This document shows, one piece after another, positions 18,561 to 28,545 of a DNA stretch of 64,000 nt. Position 1 is the first letter of the stretch, and every line of letters begins with the position of its first letter. The notes under the pieces were generated by a model that searched no databases, was not told the DNA's origin, and saw only the letters and a list, made by a program, of their open reading frames with translations. Position numbers and translations under genes: made by a program. The stretch is from an uncultured archaeon (GTDB taxonomy: Archaea > Micrarchaeota > Micrarchaeia > Micrarchaeales > CABMGC01), in the NCBI GenBank assembly GCA_963787445.1, contig CAWBCT010000005.1:128001-192000 (forward strand), in the 5' to 3' direction.

Positions 18561-19568
18561 TTAGACTCCTCCAGTAACTGAGCCGAGTATCGAGCCGAAG
18601 ACCGCTGACACAACGTAGAAGATCACGAGGCTCAGCACGATGTAGAGCGGCACGAAGCGAAGCCCCTTGATAAGCGAGCCGGAGGAGATGGCTGACACTA
18701 TCAGTGAACTCATCCCGCTGACAATCACGATGGCGACGAGCGAGAAGAGGTTGTACTGGGCGGGCTGGACCGTCGGCGGGTGCGGCTTGAGGAACGAGAG
18801 CGAGGAGCTCTGGGTTATCGCGCCGAGGCCGCCGTTGCCCTGCTGGAGTATGTGGCCCCAGATCGTGTCCGTTATCGAAATCATCTTGTTGGTCAGGCCG
18901 AACAGCACCGGCGCGGCCACCACCGCCGCAAAGGTGATGAAGATCGTGTACATGAAGAGCTGGCCCGAGATCTCCTTCTGGATTGTGAGCTGGTTGCGGA
19001 GGTCCTTCGAGATCTGGTTGAGTATGTCCGCCATCCCGCCGCCGTAGCGGAGCGCCTCGGACATCATGCGCGTGGTCCTCTTGAGAGAGTTGCAGCGGTA
19101 TCGGGCGGAAAGGTTCGCGAGCGCGTTCTGCATCGTCTCGCCGGAGTAGAGCTGCTTGCCCATCAGGAGCACGTCATCCTTGAAGTACAGGAACTCGGGC
19201 CTTGCGGAGCCTATGAGCGCCTTGTCGAGCGAGACCCCGCTGCGGATGTTCGCCGCGGTGAGCTGCAGGTATTCCGGAAGGATGCTCTCGACGAAGGACC
19301 TCCTCTGGTCTATGCGGTACTCGAGTATGGCGTAGAGGGAGGTCTCGTAGAGCAGCGCCAGGAGTATGCCGAAGGCGACTGCGAGTATGTAGCTGAGGCC
19401 CAGGAACAGGAACGAGGCGAACGCAGCGCCCACGAAAATGATGAGGCCGAGGACGATGGCGATCCTGATGAAGGCGTTTACGCCCATCTTCACTCCCGAA
19501 AGGTCGAGCTCCTGCGAGATAAACCGCACCAGGCCCCTTGAAATCAGCTGTTCGAATGAGATTGCCAT
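18561..19568 (-). CDS. TadC-like type II secretion system F-domain platform protein
   Basis: LPEYLQLTAANIRSG, EALRYGGGMADIL; multiple TMs. Confidence 0.85.
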   Translation of the reverse strand: MAISFEQLISRGLVRFISQELDLSGVKMGVNAFIRIAIVLGLIIFVGAAFASFLFLGLSYILAVAFGILLALLYETSLYAILEYRIDQRRSFVESILPEYLQLTAANIRSGVSLDKALIGSARPEFLYFKDDVLLMGKQLYSGETMQNALANLSARYRCNSLKRTTRMMSEALRYGGGMADILNQISKDLRNQLTIQKEISGQLFMYTIFITFAAVVAAPVLFGLTNKMISITDTIWGHILQQGNGGLGAITQSSSLSFLKPHPPTVQPAQYNLFSLVAIVIVSGMSSLIVSAISSGSLIKGLRFVPLYIVLSLVIFYVVSAVFGSILGSVTGGV

Positions 19569-19572
19569 GGTA

Positions 19573-20649
19573 TCACGTGCTGAAGATGGGCCTCGAGTTC
19601 TTTATCAGGTTAAGGAAGACCGCCTGAAGGCCGACTATTCCGACTATGACAAAGATGAGGGTCGTGGCGTCGACGGTGAAGAGGCTGATGAACGTGGACA
19701 TGATGACTGCTATGGCAACGCCCATGCTCGGGAAGATTACTCCGAAAAGCATGTAGAACATCGCGAGCGCGTTCAGCTTCTGCCCGTACCGGCGGAGCTC
19801 GATCACGCGCTCCTGCATGATGTCGTCCACCACGCTCTGGAGCGAGCCGGTGACGTCCGCACCCACCCTTATGCTCAGGCTCGCCTGCTGCATGATCCTC
19901 TTGAACGTCTTTGAGTGGCTCTTCTCCGTGACCTCCTCTATCGCCTGCTCGATCGGGGAGCCGAGCTGGATGAGCGAGACTATCTTGACGAACTCCTGGC
20001 TCGCCGCGCCGTAGCCGGTGCTCACCGCGGTCATCGCGTTGAAGAGCGGCATTCCCGACCTCATGCTTATGACCAGGTCGCGGGTTGCAAACAGAATGTC
20101 GCGCTCTATCGCCTTGCCGATCTGGTTGCTGCGCGCGATCGGGTAGCTGATGAACTTGTTGAATAGGATGTTGTAGAATGCGAGGATGCAGACCAGTCCC
20201 AGGACCAGGCTGACTGCGAAGCTGAGGTTGAGGAGCGTGAACACGTAGGTGGTTATTATGCCGAGCGCTACGGCGAGTAGGACGGCGAACATCGCCATGC
20301 GCTTTACGAAGGCGTAGGGCTCGCTCTTCAGGTTTATCTCTCGGAGCGCATCATCAAGCCCCTTCTTGTTCGTGGCTATCCTCAGGAAATATTTTATCTT
20401 CCTGGGCGCAGGCCTCATGGCCTGTTGCCTTGGGGAAGGTGCTGGTGCGGCTGCGGCCTTTGGCACGGGCTGCGTCCTAAGCTTCGGCTCCGGTACGGGC
20501 TTTGAGGGCTTGAGCGGCTTCGCGTCTCCCGCATAGATCGGCTTGGATCGGATCTTGAAGCCAAGAAACTTCTTCGGCTTGGTGTAGCCCACCGGGCCAG
20601 ACTGCCCTGCCGAGGTTCCTGCAGCTTGTTGCGCGTCCAAAACTACCAC
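19573..20649 (-). CDS. TadB/TadC-like type II secretion system F-domain platform protein
   Basis: RSGMPLFNAM, YG.ASQEF, YGQKLNALAMFYML. Confidence 0.85.
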   Translation of the reverse strand: MVVLDAQQAAGTSAGQSGPVGYTKPKKFLGFKIRSKPIYAGDAKPLKPSKPVPEPKLRTQPVPKAAAAPAPSPRQQAMRPAPRKIKYFLRIATNKKGLDDALREINLKSEPYAFVKRMAMFAVLLAVALGIITTYVFTLLNLSFAVSLVLGLVCILAFYNILFNKFISYPIARSNQIGKAIERDILFATRDLVISMRSGMPLFNAMTAVSTGYGAASQEFVKIVSLIQLGSPIEQAIEEVTEKSHSKTFKRIMQQASLSIRVGADVTGSLQSVVDDIMQERVIELRRYGQKLNALAMFYMLFGVIFPSMGVAIAVIMSTFISLFTVDATTLIFVIVGIVGLQAVFLNLIKNSRPIFST

Positions 20650-20720
20650 ATTGAGCTGTTTGCGTCGGGCACTGAAAAAAGCGCCGATCGCATCGCCCTA
20701 TTACTATAAAAGAAAATACT

Positions 20721-21401
20721 TTATAAAGGGGTCGGTTGCTGATTTTGCTGAATCAGGACCGGACTCTGCCCGGCCATCAGCTCTATTTTCTGCTTCAGCT
20801 CCGTCAGGCGCTTGTCGCGCATCGCCACGAACTCGCTCGCTTCCGGCGGGGATTTTGCATGCTTTGAGATCCTGTAAAGTGTGAAGACCTCCTGCCTTAT
20901 TATCCGCATCTTCTCTTCGTCAAAGGCGTTCTCGTCCATGCCCAGGTTGATCTTCTCGAGCTCCGAGATCTGGTCCTGTAGCGAAAGCGATACCAGAACC
21001 GAGTCCTTCGCGGTGAAAACAAGCGCATCCTCCACAAGCGCCTCATACTCCCTGCGTGCGAGGGCGGAGAGCCGGCCGAACTCCTGCTTCGCCAGGGCCA
21101 GCTCCTTGGTGAATGCGGATGAGCTTGCGCTCCCAACCATCTGGCCCGCGCGGGCGACCTTCGCCTCCACCTGGGCAACCTTGGCCTCTTTCTGCTCCCT
21201 CTCCTTCTGCTCCTTCTGGACCTGCTCCATGCTCGTCAACTTTGCTATCGAGCGGAGCGCGTCGTCGTAGTTGTAGTCGGATGTCAGGACCTGTTCGCCT
21301 ATCGCACCGCTCGTGTCTATGAGCATCGACTCCTGCATCGAGGCGTCGGTCCTGTTGAGCGCATCAAGCATTTTTTGATAATCTGGTTCGAGCTCGGCCA
21401 A
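20721..21401 (-). CDS. Coiled-coil hypothetical protein in the pilus operon (TTG start)
   Basis: GGTGA-4nt-TTG; E/K/Q-rich helical composition. Confidence 0.75.
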   Translation of the reverse strand: MAELEPDYQKMLDALNRTDASMQESMLIDTSGAIGEQVLTSDYNYDDALRSIAKLTSMEQVQKEQKEREQKEAKVAQVEAKVARAGQMVGSASSSAFTKELALAKQEFGRLSALARREYEALVEDALVFTAKDSVLVSLSLQDQISELEKINLGMDENAFDEEKMRIIRQEVFTLYRISKHAKSPPEASEFVAMRDKRLTELKQKIELMAGQSPVLIQQNQQPTPL

Positions 21402-21411
21402 TTTTTCACCA

Positions 21412-22908
21412 TCACTTGAACAGGTCGGGGGTGAAGGCGACGTTGTTCTTCACTATGTCGAGCATCTTCGAGTTGTTGCGGTAGTACTGCGCAACGATGT
21501 TGCCGCAGATGTCCACGTTGACCACGTTGTTCTGCACCATCCAGTCGAGCACGGACTTCTTCTCCGCGAGGTCCTGCTTTATCTCCTCCGGGGTGTAGCC
21601 GCCGTAGAGCGAGATCGTCTGCGCCAGCCTGGACAGCTCAGACACGTCCGAGAAGGTGTCTGCGCGCATGTTCCATCTCTTTATTACCGAGACGTCGCCC
21701 GATGCGGTCACCTCGCCGAACTCAAACAGCCTGCGGATCCCGAGCCTGCGGTGCCTGAACAGGGAGACTATGCCTCCTATGGAGTTGAGCATGATCTTGG
21801 GCACGCCTATGGGCGGGTTCGTCATCCTGACCACGGTGTCCTGGGCGCTGTCCGCGTGGACTGTGCCGTACACCGCGTGGCCGGTGTGAATCGCCTCGAA
21901 CAGCGTCTCGGCGTCGGTCTTGACCCTTATCTCGCCGATGAGCATCAGGTCCGGCCTCTGCCGCAGCGCGTTGATCATGAGGTCGTACAGCTCCACCTTG
22001 CCCTTGCCCTCCGGGTTCGCCTGCCTCGTCTGCATCGGCACCCACTGGAGGAAGCTCGGCAGCGTGAGCTCTCTGGTCTCCTCTACGGAGACGATGCGCC
22101 GGTTCGGGGGCATAAAGATGCTCATCGCGTTTAGGAAGCTCGTCTTCCCGCTGGCCGTCCCACCCGAGATGAGCAGGCTGATCTCGTTCTGTATCGCAAG
22201 CCAGATGAGGCTCGCCATGCTGCTGGAGATGGTCTTGTTCGCGACGAGCGCGGTCATGCTCCACGGGTTCTTGGAGAACTTTCTTATGGTGATCGTGTTG
22301 CCCTTCGCCGAGATGGGATAAAGCGTTGCGTTTACCCTGGAGCCGTCAGGCAACTCGGCGTCCATCATCGGGACCAGGTTGCTTATCTCCCTGCCGACGC
22401 GCCTGCCGATCTGCTCCGAGATCTGGTAGATGTCCTCCTCGGTCCTTATCTGTATGTTGGTCTTGCACCAGCCGTAGGTGTTATGGAATATCCAGGCTGG
22501 CTCCTGCGCGGTGTTGACCACGACCTCTTCCAGGTCGAAGTCCGCAAGGAGGACCTCCATGTCGCCCAGGCCGAGCAGCATGTTTGTAAGGTATGAGATC
22601 AGCACCTTGCGCGAGGCCTCGGGGGTGCCGGGAAGGTACTTGTCTATCACCGGGACAGCTGCCTTGGCGTACTTTGAGCTGAGCTCGAGTATGTACTTCT
22701 GGTCCTCGACGCGGGTCTGGTCGATCGGCACGAGCGAGAGAAGTTCGGGACGCAGCGAGAGCAGCAGCAGCTTTGTGGCGTCGCCTATGCCCGGGAAGGT
22801 CACCGTGTACTGCGGCACGTAGTCCTCGCTCTTCGAGATCTCTACCTGCACCCTCATCCCGTTCGCATCGAGTTCGTACTTCTTGAGTATTTCGGTGTTT
22901 TCTGGCAT
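21412..22908 (-). CDS. Type IV pilus assembly ATPase (CpaF/VirB11 family)
   Basis: TITIRKF, GGTASGKTS, VEETREL, LRQRPD..IGEIR, TGHAVYGTVHA. Confidence 0.92.
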   Translation of the reverse strand: MPENTEILKKYELDANGMRVQVEISKSEDYVPQYTVTFPGIGDATKLLLLSLRPELLSLVPIDQTRVEDQKYILELSSKYAKAAVPVIDKYLPGTPEASRKVLISYLTNMLLGLGDMEVLLADFDLEEVVVNTAQEPAWIFHNTYGWCKTNIQIRTEEDIYQISEQIGRRVGREISNLVPMMDAELPDGSRVNATLYPISAKGNTITIRKFSKNPWSMTALVANKTISSSMASLIWLAIQNEISLLISGGTASGKTSFLNAMSIFMPPNRRIVSVEETRELTLPSFLQWVPMQTRQANPEGKGKVELYDLMINALRQRPDLMLIGEIRVKTDAETLFEAIHTGHAVYGTVHADSAQDTVVRMTNPPIGVPKIMLNSIGGIVSLFRHRRLGIRRLFEFGEVTASGDVSVIKRWNMRADTFSDVSELSRLAQTISLYGGYTPEEIKQDLAEKKSVLDWMVQNNVVNVDICGNIVAQYYRNNSKMLDIVKNNVAFTPDLFK

Positions 22909-22913
22909 TCAGC

Positions 22914-24200
22914 TCACTTCCTCGCTGGCGCCGGCGGAACGATGTCCGCAAGCTCTTCGCTGGTCACTCCGAGCTTGGCGTTGAGCTCCTTGAGCTTCTT
23001 TGCGTTCCCCTTGGTCTTCTCGTCTATCTCGCGCACTAGCCGGCCCTTGTCGGCTCCGGTCTTCTTCGACCTGCTGAGCTCCTGAAGCTGCTTGGAGAAG
23101 AGGTCCAGCTCCTTCTTGAGCTGCTCCTTCTGCTTCTCAATCTCATCGACGCCGCGGCGCATCTCATCGAGCTTCTGCTCCACGGAGCCTACCTTGTTGA
23201 GCTCCACCGCCTGGTTGGAGAGCATCAGGTCGAGGCTGTTGAACTTCTTTGAGGCGTTGCCGTAGAGCGCGTCTATGCTGCTCTGCGCCCTGGTGTAGCG
23301 GTCGATGAACGTCTCGCGGTCCTTGGACGCCCTGGAGAGGTACTTCTCGAAGCTCCTCTTGTACGCCTCGGCTTCCTTCTTGTAGGTCGAGAGCTGCTGC
23401 TCGGCGGTCTGCGAGAAGGCGTCCAGGCGCTTGCTCTCCTCCTTGACGCTCTCCGAGAACGCGATCAGCTTCTTCCTCTCCTCGCTGGTCTTCTGCTCAA
23501 ACTGCCGGATCATCTCGTCGGTGAAGCCGGACATGCCCGAGGCCTTGCTCCTGATGTCCTCTATGAGCGCCTCGGTGTTCTTCGAGATCGTGTCCAGGTT
23601 GTTCACTATGCTCTCCTGGCTCTGCGCCGTGCCCGGCACGATGTTAAGCTCTGAGACGAGCTTGTCCAGGCTCTGCCTGGAGCTGCCTATGCTCTCGAAG
23701 CTCTTGTTCGCCTCAGCGCGGAACGCGTTCAGCTCGGCGGTGTAGCTCTTGAACTCTGCGGACTTGTCCTTGAACTCCTTCTGCATCTGGGAGATGTAGT
23801 TTCGGAGCGCCTTTATCTGCGGTTCCAGCTGGTCTGCGGCGCGGTTCTGGATGACTATTGAATCGTTTAGGATGGAGCTCTTTACCTGGTTGAGCTTGTC
23901 GACCTCCTCGGCGGTAAGCTTCTCGTACCTTACCGGCTCTGCCGTGACAACGGTGGTGGTCTCGCCCGCCTTGACTTCGGACGCCCTTATCGACTCGGTG
24001 AGCGGCGAGACGTACATCTTCCCGAGCTTGTAGGTTATCTTCACCAGCCCGGACTTCTCGAGGACGGTGGACCAGCTCTGGATCGTCTGCTCGCTGGCGC
24101 CCAGGGCTCCCGCCAGTGCCGGGATGTCTGTTTCGCCCCTCTCATTTACGTACTTGAAGAGCGTGTCTATGCCAGTCACTACGTTTTCATCAGCAGCCAT
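22914..24200 (-). CDS. N-terminal winged-helix plus long coiled-coil protein
   Basis: TGIDTL..ALAGALGASEQTIQSW..VLEKSGLVKITY, then about 300 aa of heptad-rich sequence. Confidence 0.8.
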   Translation of the reverse strand: MAADENVVTGIDTLFKYVNERGETDIPALAGALGASEQTIQSWSTVLEKSGLVKITYKLGKMYVSPLTESIRASEVKAGETTTVVTAEPVRYEKLTAEEVDKLNQVKSSILNDSIVIQNRAADQLEPQIKALRNYISQMQKEFKDKSAEFKSYTAELNAFRAEANKSFESIGSSRQSLDKLVSELNIVPGTAQSQESIVNNLDTISKNTEALIEDIRSKASGMSGFTDEMIRQFEQKTSEERKKLIAFSESVKEESKRLDAFSQTAEQQLSTYKKEAEAYKRSFEKYLSRASKDRETFIDRYTRAQSSIDALYGNASKKFNSLDLMLSNQAVELNKVGSVEQKLDEMRRGVDEIEKQKEQLKKELDLFSKQLQELSRSKKTGADKGRLVREIDEKTKGNAKKLKELNAKLGVTSEELADIVPPAPARK

Positions 24201-24287
24201 CCGCACACACAACAGGACTATATAAATGGGAACTAATAAAAACATGACTAAATAGTTTAGTGTTGGAAAAGATTCTGTGTGAATTTG

Positions 24288-26060
24288 ATGCTGTTCGCCG
24301 ATACCGCAGCGTATTATGACAAGTTGGAGGCTGTCAGCTCAAGGCTTTCAATGATAGACCTGATGGCCGAGCTCCTCGCCAAGGCTGACAAGAAGGAGAT
24401 CCGCGCCCTGGTCTACACCACCCAGGGGATACTAGCGCCCCCTTTTGAGAGCGTCGAGATCGGGATAGCAGAAAAGCTGGCCGAGCAGGCGATTGGCATT
24501 GCAACCGGTTACACCGTGGACGAGGTCCACGCACTTTATAAGAAGAGCGGCGACCTGGGAAGCAGCGCAGAGGCATTGGTGGGAAAGACCAAGCTCAGGA
24601 GCATGGACAAAACGAGGCTGCACATCCAGGAAGTCTTCGACTCGATGCAGGAGATAGCAAAAATATCGGGAGAGGGAAGCAAAGACTCCAAGCTGAAGAA
24701 ACTGGCAGGGCTTCTTGCGCACTCAACCCCTGTAGAGGCCCGTTACATAACCCGTTTTGCTCTCGGAAAACTGCGACTTGGACTGGGAGATGCAACAATA
24801 CTTGAGGCGCTTGCAAAGGCGTTCACCGGAAGCAGGGAGGCAAAGGTAAAACTCGAGTCCGCTTACAATCTTTGCAGCGATTTGGGTCGGGTTGGCGAGG
24901 TACTTGCGACAAAAGGGATGCCAGGGATTGAAAAGTTCGGTGTTACCTTATTCAGCCCGATAAGGCCGGAGTTGGCCGAGCGCGCGAACACGTTTGAGGA
25001 GATAATGGAGCGCATGAAAGACCGGTGCTTTGTTGAACCCAAATATGATGGTTTGAGAGCACAAGTGCACATGGACGCCAAAGCAAAGAGAGTAGAGATT
25101 TTCTCAAGAAATCTTGAGAGGTTGACCATGATGTTTCCGGACATCGCAAAGGCGGCCTTAAAGGATCTTAGGATAGAAAATGCGATTCTTGAAGGAGAAA
25201 TTATCTCCTACGATGAAGTATCCGGAGAGTTCCACTCATTCCAGGAGACGATACAGAGAAGGCGAAAGTACGACGTAAAAGAGAAGAGCGAGGAGTTTCC
25301 CGTGCATCTTTTCTGCTTCGATCTGATGTATCTGAATGGGGAAAGCTACATTGAAAAAAGCTATGAGAAAAGGAGGGAGTCGCTTGAAAAAATATTGAAA
25401 GGCGACACGCTGCAGCAAACCGAGAGAACCCTTGTGACAAAACCAAAACAGATGGAGAGATACTTCGACAAGTACATCGGCAGCGGGCTTGAGGGACTGA
25501 TGGCAAAAGATCCCAATTCAAATTACATTGCTGGCGCAAGAAAGTTCAGCTGGATAAAGATGAAGAGGAGCTACAGGGGCGAGCTTTCCGATACGGTTGA
25601 CCTGGTAATCATTGGTTATTATTTAGGGAAGGGGGCGCGAACAGAATTTGGCTTTGGCGGGCTTCTTGCGGCAGTTTACAACGAAAAGCGAGATGTTTTC
25701 GAAAGCATAACCCGGATTGGGACTGGTTTCACTGAGGAGCAGATGAAATTTTTCCAGAACTCCCTTAAGGTGATAAAGTCAAAGACAAAACCAGCCAGAG
25801 TTGTCTCGACAATGGAGCCCGATGTCTGGGTTAATCCGGTCCATGTTGTCGAGGTCAGGGCGGACGAGATAACGCGTTCCCCGATGCACATGTGCGGAAA
25901 GGAAAATTATGATGACCAGGATGAGCCTGGCTACGCGCTCAGGTTCCCGAGAATCATCAGCGACGGCTTTAGGGACAAGAAAGCTGAGGATGCAACGAGC
26001 ACAAAGGAGATAAAGGAGATGTTTGCCGCCCAAAAGAAGAAAAAGCTTGAAGAAAAATAA
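24288..26060 (+). CDS. lig: ATP-dependent DNA ligase
   Basis: EPKYDG.R.Q, EGLMAK, WIKMK, DLVIIG, LRFPR. Confidence 0.96.
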   Translation: MLFADTAAYYDKLEAVSSRLSMIDLMAELLAKADKKEIRALVYTTQGILAPPFESVEIGIAEKLAEQAIGIATGYTVDEVHALYKKSGDLGSSAEALVGKTKLRSMDKTRLHIQEVFDSMQEIAKISGEGSKDSKLKKLAGLLAHSTPVEARYITRFALGKLRLGLGDATILEALAKAFTGSREAKVKLESAYNLCSDLGRVGEVLATKGMPGIEKFGVTLFSPIRPELAERANTFEEIMERMKDRCFVEPKYDGLRAQVHMDAKAKRVEIFSRNLERLTMMFPDIAKAALKDLRIENAILEGEIISYDEVSGEFHSFQETIQRRRKYDVKEKSEEFPVHLFCFDLMYLNGESYIEKSYEKRRESLEKILKGDTLQQTERTLVTKPKQMERYFDKYIGSGLEGLMAKDPNSNYIAGARKFSWIKMKRSYRGELSDTVDLVIIGYYLGKGARTEFGFGGLLAAVYNEKRDVFESITRIGTGFTEEQMKFFQNSLKVIKSKTKPARVVSTMEPDVWVNPVHVVEVRADEITRSPMHMCGKENYDDQDEPGYALRFPRIISDGFRDKKAEDATSTKEIKEMFAAQKKKKLEEK

Positions 26061-26366
26061 TTTTAGGCCCAAATTAATTTTATCAAAATGCATGTTTTTG
26101 TTGCTGCTTGAAAATATTTTTATAAATGATTTACGGTTTGCTTTTTCCATATTTTTCTGCAAAATTGTCAGAAAATCTCACAAACTCTAGTTTTACGTCG
26201 ACAATTTCACATTCTGAAAGTTCTAAAGCTAGATTTAGTATTTAAGCAAAGATTTTATTTTGGGCCAAACAAAATAATTTTTTTCTGAATTTGGAGAGTT
26301 CCACTACTATGCCCTGAGCATAAAGTATATAAATATATCAGCTATTATATTTTCACAGGCGATCAA
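26061..26366. promoter_or_regulatory. AT-rich intergenic region containing the ftsZ promoter
   Basis: About 300 nt very AT-rich; TATATAAATA at about 26326; 12-bp imperfect inverted repeat at 26066-26077 and 26255-26266. Confidence 0.5.
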
Positions 26367-27428
26367 ATGGTAGACTTTACGGCGGACCTATTGGGAAAAA
26401 GCAGTGGTAGTGTAGACAACAGCAGCGTCAACTTCTCTCCACAGATAAAGATAGTTACTGTGGGAGTGGGAGGCGGTGGAAACAACACGGTCAACAGACT
26501 GGTGAAGTTTGGTGTAAAGGGCACCGAGCTCGTTGCGATAAACACGGACGTACAGCACTTCAAGATGCTAGACGACCGGATCAAGAAGATACTTATCGGA
26601 AAGAGCTTGTCACGCGGACTCGGAGCTGGAGGCGACCCGAAAGTGGGCGCAAAGGCTGCCGAAATTGACAGGCAACAGATTGAGGAGGTCCTCTATGGGG
26701 CGCAACTCGTATTCCTGTGCGCAGGAATGGGAGGCGGAACCGGCACTGGGGCAATCCCCGTGGTAGCACAGATTGCAAAGGAGCAGGGCGCCATAGTAGT
26801 GGCCATGGTAACATACCCGTTCGACCTTGAGCGAGTCAGAAAGGTAAAGGCCGAAGAGGGAATCCAGGAGCTGAGGAAGCACTCGGACAGCGTCATCATC
26901 CTTGACAACAACAGGCTGGTAAAGCTGGTGCCTAACCTGCCGATGAACGAGGCGTTCGGAGTTGCAGACGACATACTTGCAAAGGCGATCGGCGGACTTG
27001 TCTGGACGATAACCCAGCCAAGCCTGATCAACATCGACTTCGCAGACGTACGCTCGATCATGGGCAGCGGAGACGTTGGATTCATCTCAGTGGGAATGGG
27101 CAAGGGCAACGACAAGGTTCAGTCCGCGGCAGAGGCCGTGGTCAAGAACAAGCTGCTCGACGTCGACTTCGAGAACGCAAAGGGCGCGCTGATACACATC
27201 TCGGGCGCATCGGACCTGTCACTGGGCGATGCAATCAAGGCCGGAGAGGTCATCACAGAGAAGATGGACCCTAAGGCGAACATCAAGTGGGGCGCAAGGA
27301 TCATCCCTGGCTATGAGGGCCAGCTCGAGATCGTCGCCATAGTCACCGGAGTAAGCGGCTCAAGCATCCTCGGAAAGTTCGAGGAGAAGAAGAAGGAGCT
27401 CACCTTTGGAAACATAGAGATGATCTGA
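26367..27428 (+). CDS. ftsZ: Cell division protein FtsZ (FtsZ2-type), copy A
   Basis: GVGGGGNN, GLGAGG, GGGTGTG, LERVR, DNNRL..VPNLP, T7 loop INIDFAD. Confidence 0.96.
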   Translation: MVDFTADLLGKSSGSVDNSSVNFSPQIKIVTVGVGGGGNNTVNRLVKFGVKGTELVAINTDVQHFKMLDDRIKKILIGKSLSRGLGAGGDPKVGAKAAEIDRQQIEEVLYGAQLVFLCAGMGGGTGTGAIPVVAQIAKEQGAIVVAMVTYPFDLERVRKVKAEEGIQELRKHSDSVIILDNNRLVKLVPNLPMNEAFGVADDILAKAIGGLVWTITQPSLINIDFADVRSIMGSGDVGFISVGMGKGNDKVQSAAEAVVKNKLLDVDFENAKGALIHISGASDLSLGDAIKAGEVITEKMDPKANIKWGARIIPGYEGQLEIVAIVTGVSGSSILGKFEEKKKELTFGNIEMI

Positions 27429-28438
27429 TGGCCCAAGAGTTCGACTACGACGCGTTCACCCCCCGGGTGGCGGTCGTGGGATGTGGGGGACAGGGAAGCA
27501 ACCTGATCAACAGGCTATTCACGAACGGCATCAAGAGCGCCGACACGATAGCCATGAACACGGACGTAGGCCACCTGAACATGATCAAGGCGCACAAGAA
27601 GATCCTGCTGGGAAAGGAGATAACCAATGGCCTCGGGGCTGGAGGATATCCTGAAGTGGGTCAGAAGTGCGCTGAGCTCAGCAAGGACGCCATCCAGGCA
27701 GCTCTTGAGGGCTACGACCTGGTCTTCATCGCAGCAGGCATGGGAGGGGGCTCAGGGACAGGGAGCGCACCAGTCGTAGCGAAGATCGCACGCGAGCTGG
27801 GCGCAACCACCATTGCAACCGTAACCTACCCGTTCGCGCTTGAAAGGAGCAGGAAGCTGAAGGCGGAGTGGGGCATAGAGCAGCTGAACAAGCAGGCAGA
27901 CTCGGTGATAGTCATTGAGAACGACCTGCTGTTGGGCTATGTGCCGAACCTACCGATCGAGAAGGCCTTCGAGCTAGTGGACAACGTGACCGGGAATGCC
28001 GTGAGGGGCATAGCGGACACGATAACGCTCCCGAGCCTGATCAACCTTGATTTCGCTGACCTGAGGAACATCGTCAGGAACACCGGCACCGCTGTCATAA
28101 GCATCGGCACAGGGCATGGTTCAGACCGAGTCGAAAAGGCCATAAAGTCGACCTTGGCACACCCTCTACTGACCGTGGACTACGAAGGGGCAAAGGGCGC
28201 GCTCATACACGTGACCGGCGGCACAGACCTCTCCATAAGCGAGGCTACCCGAATAGGCCAGGGCGTAACTTCAGCCATGGCGTCCGACGCGAACGTCATC
28301 TTCGGCGCAAGACTGCTTCCGGAGTTGGGAGACCAGGTGCAGGTCATGTCAGTGGTCACAGGAGTAAAGGCGAAGTTCGGCGAGTCAAGAAGGCAGGAAC
28401 GCGCTGAAGCCATGAGCATGGAGAACAGCCTGTTTTAA
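27428..28438 (+). CDS. ftsZ: Cell division protein FtsZ (FtsZ2-type), copy B
   Basis: GCGGQGSN, GLGAGGYPE, GGGSGTG, YVPNLP, INLDFAD; TGATG overlap with copy A. Confidence 0.94.
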   Translation: MAQEFDYDAFTPRVAVVGCGGQGSNLINRLFTNGIKSADTIAMNTDVGHLNMIKAHKKILLGKEITNGLGAGGYPEVGQKCAELSKDAIQAALEGYDLVFIAAGMGGGSGTGSAPVVAKIARELGATTIATVTYPFALERSRKLKAEWGIEQLNKQADSVIVIENDLLLGYVPNLPIEKAFELVDNVTGNAVRGIADTITLPSLINLDFADLRNIVRNTGTAVISIGTGHGSDRVEKAIKSTLAHPLLTVDYEGAKGALIHVTGGTDLSISEATRIGQGVTSAMASDANVIFGARLLPELGDQVQVMSVVTGVKAKFGESRRQERAEAMSMENSLF

Positions 28439-28452
28439 TTATAATGCAGTGG

Positions 28453-28490
28453 AGGGCAGGCTTCTGCCCTTTCACTTCTCTTTCTTTTTT
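28453..28490 (+). terminator. Hairpin plus pyrimidine tract after the ftsZ pair
   Basis: AGGGCAG-gctt-CTGCCCT followed by a T/C-rich run ending TTTTTT. Confidence 0.6.
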
Positions 28491-28545
28491 ATTTACCTAG
28501 TCCATTTATATATCTGGCTTGACTGATAAGTGCCTTAGTGAAAAG

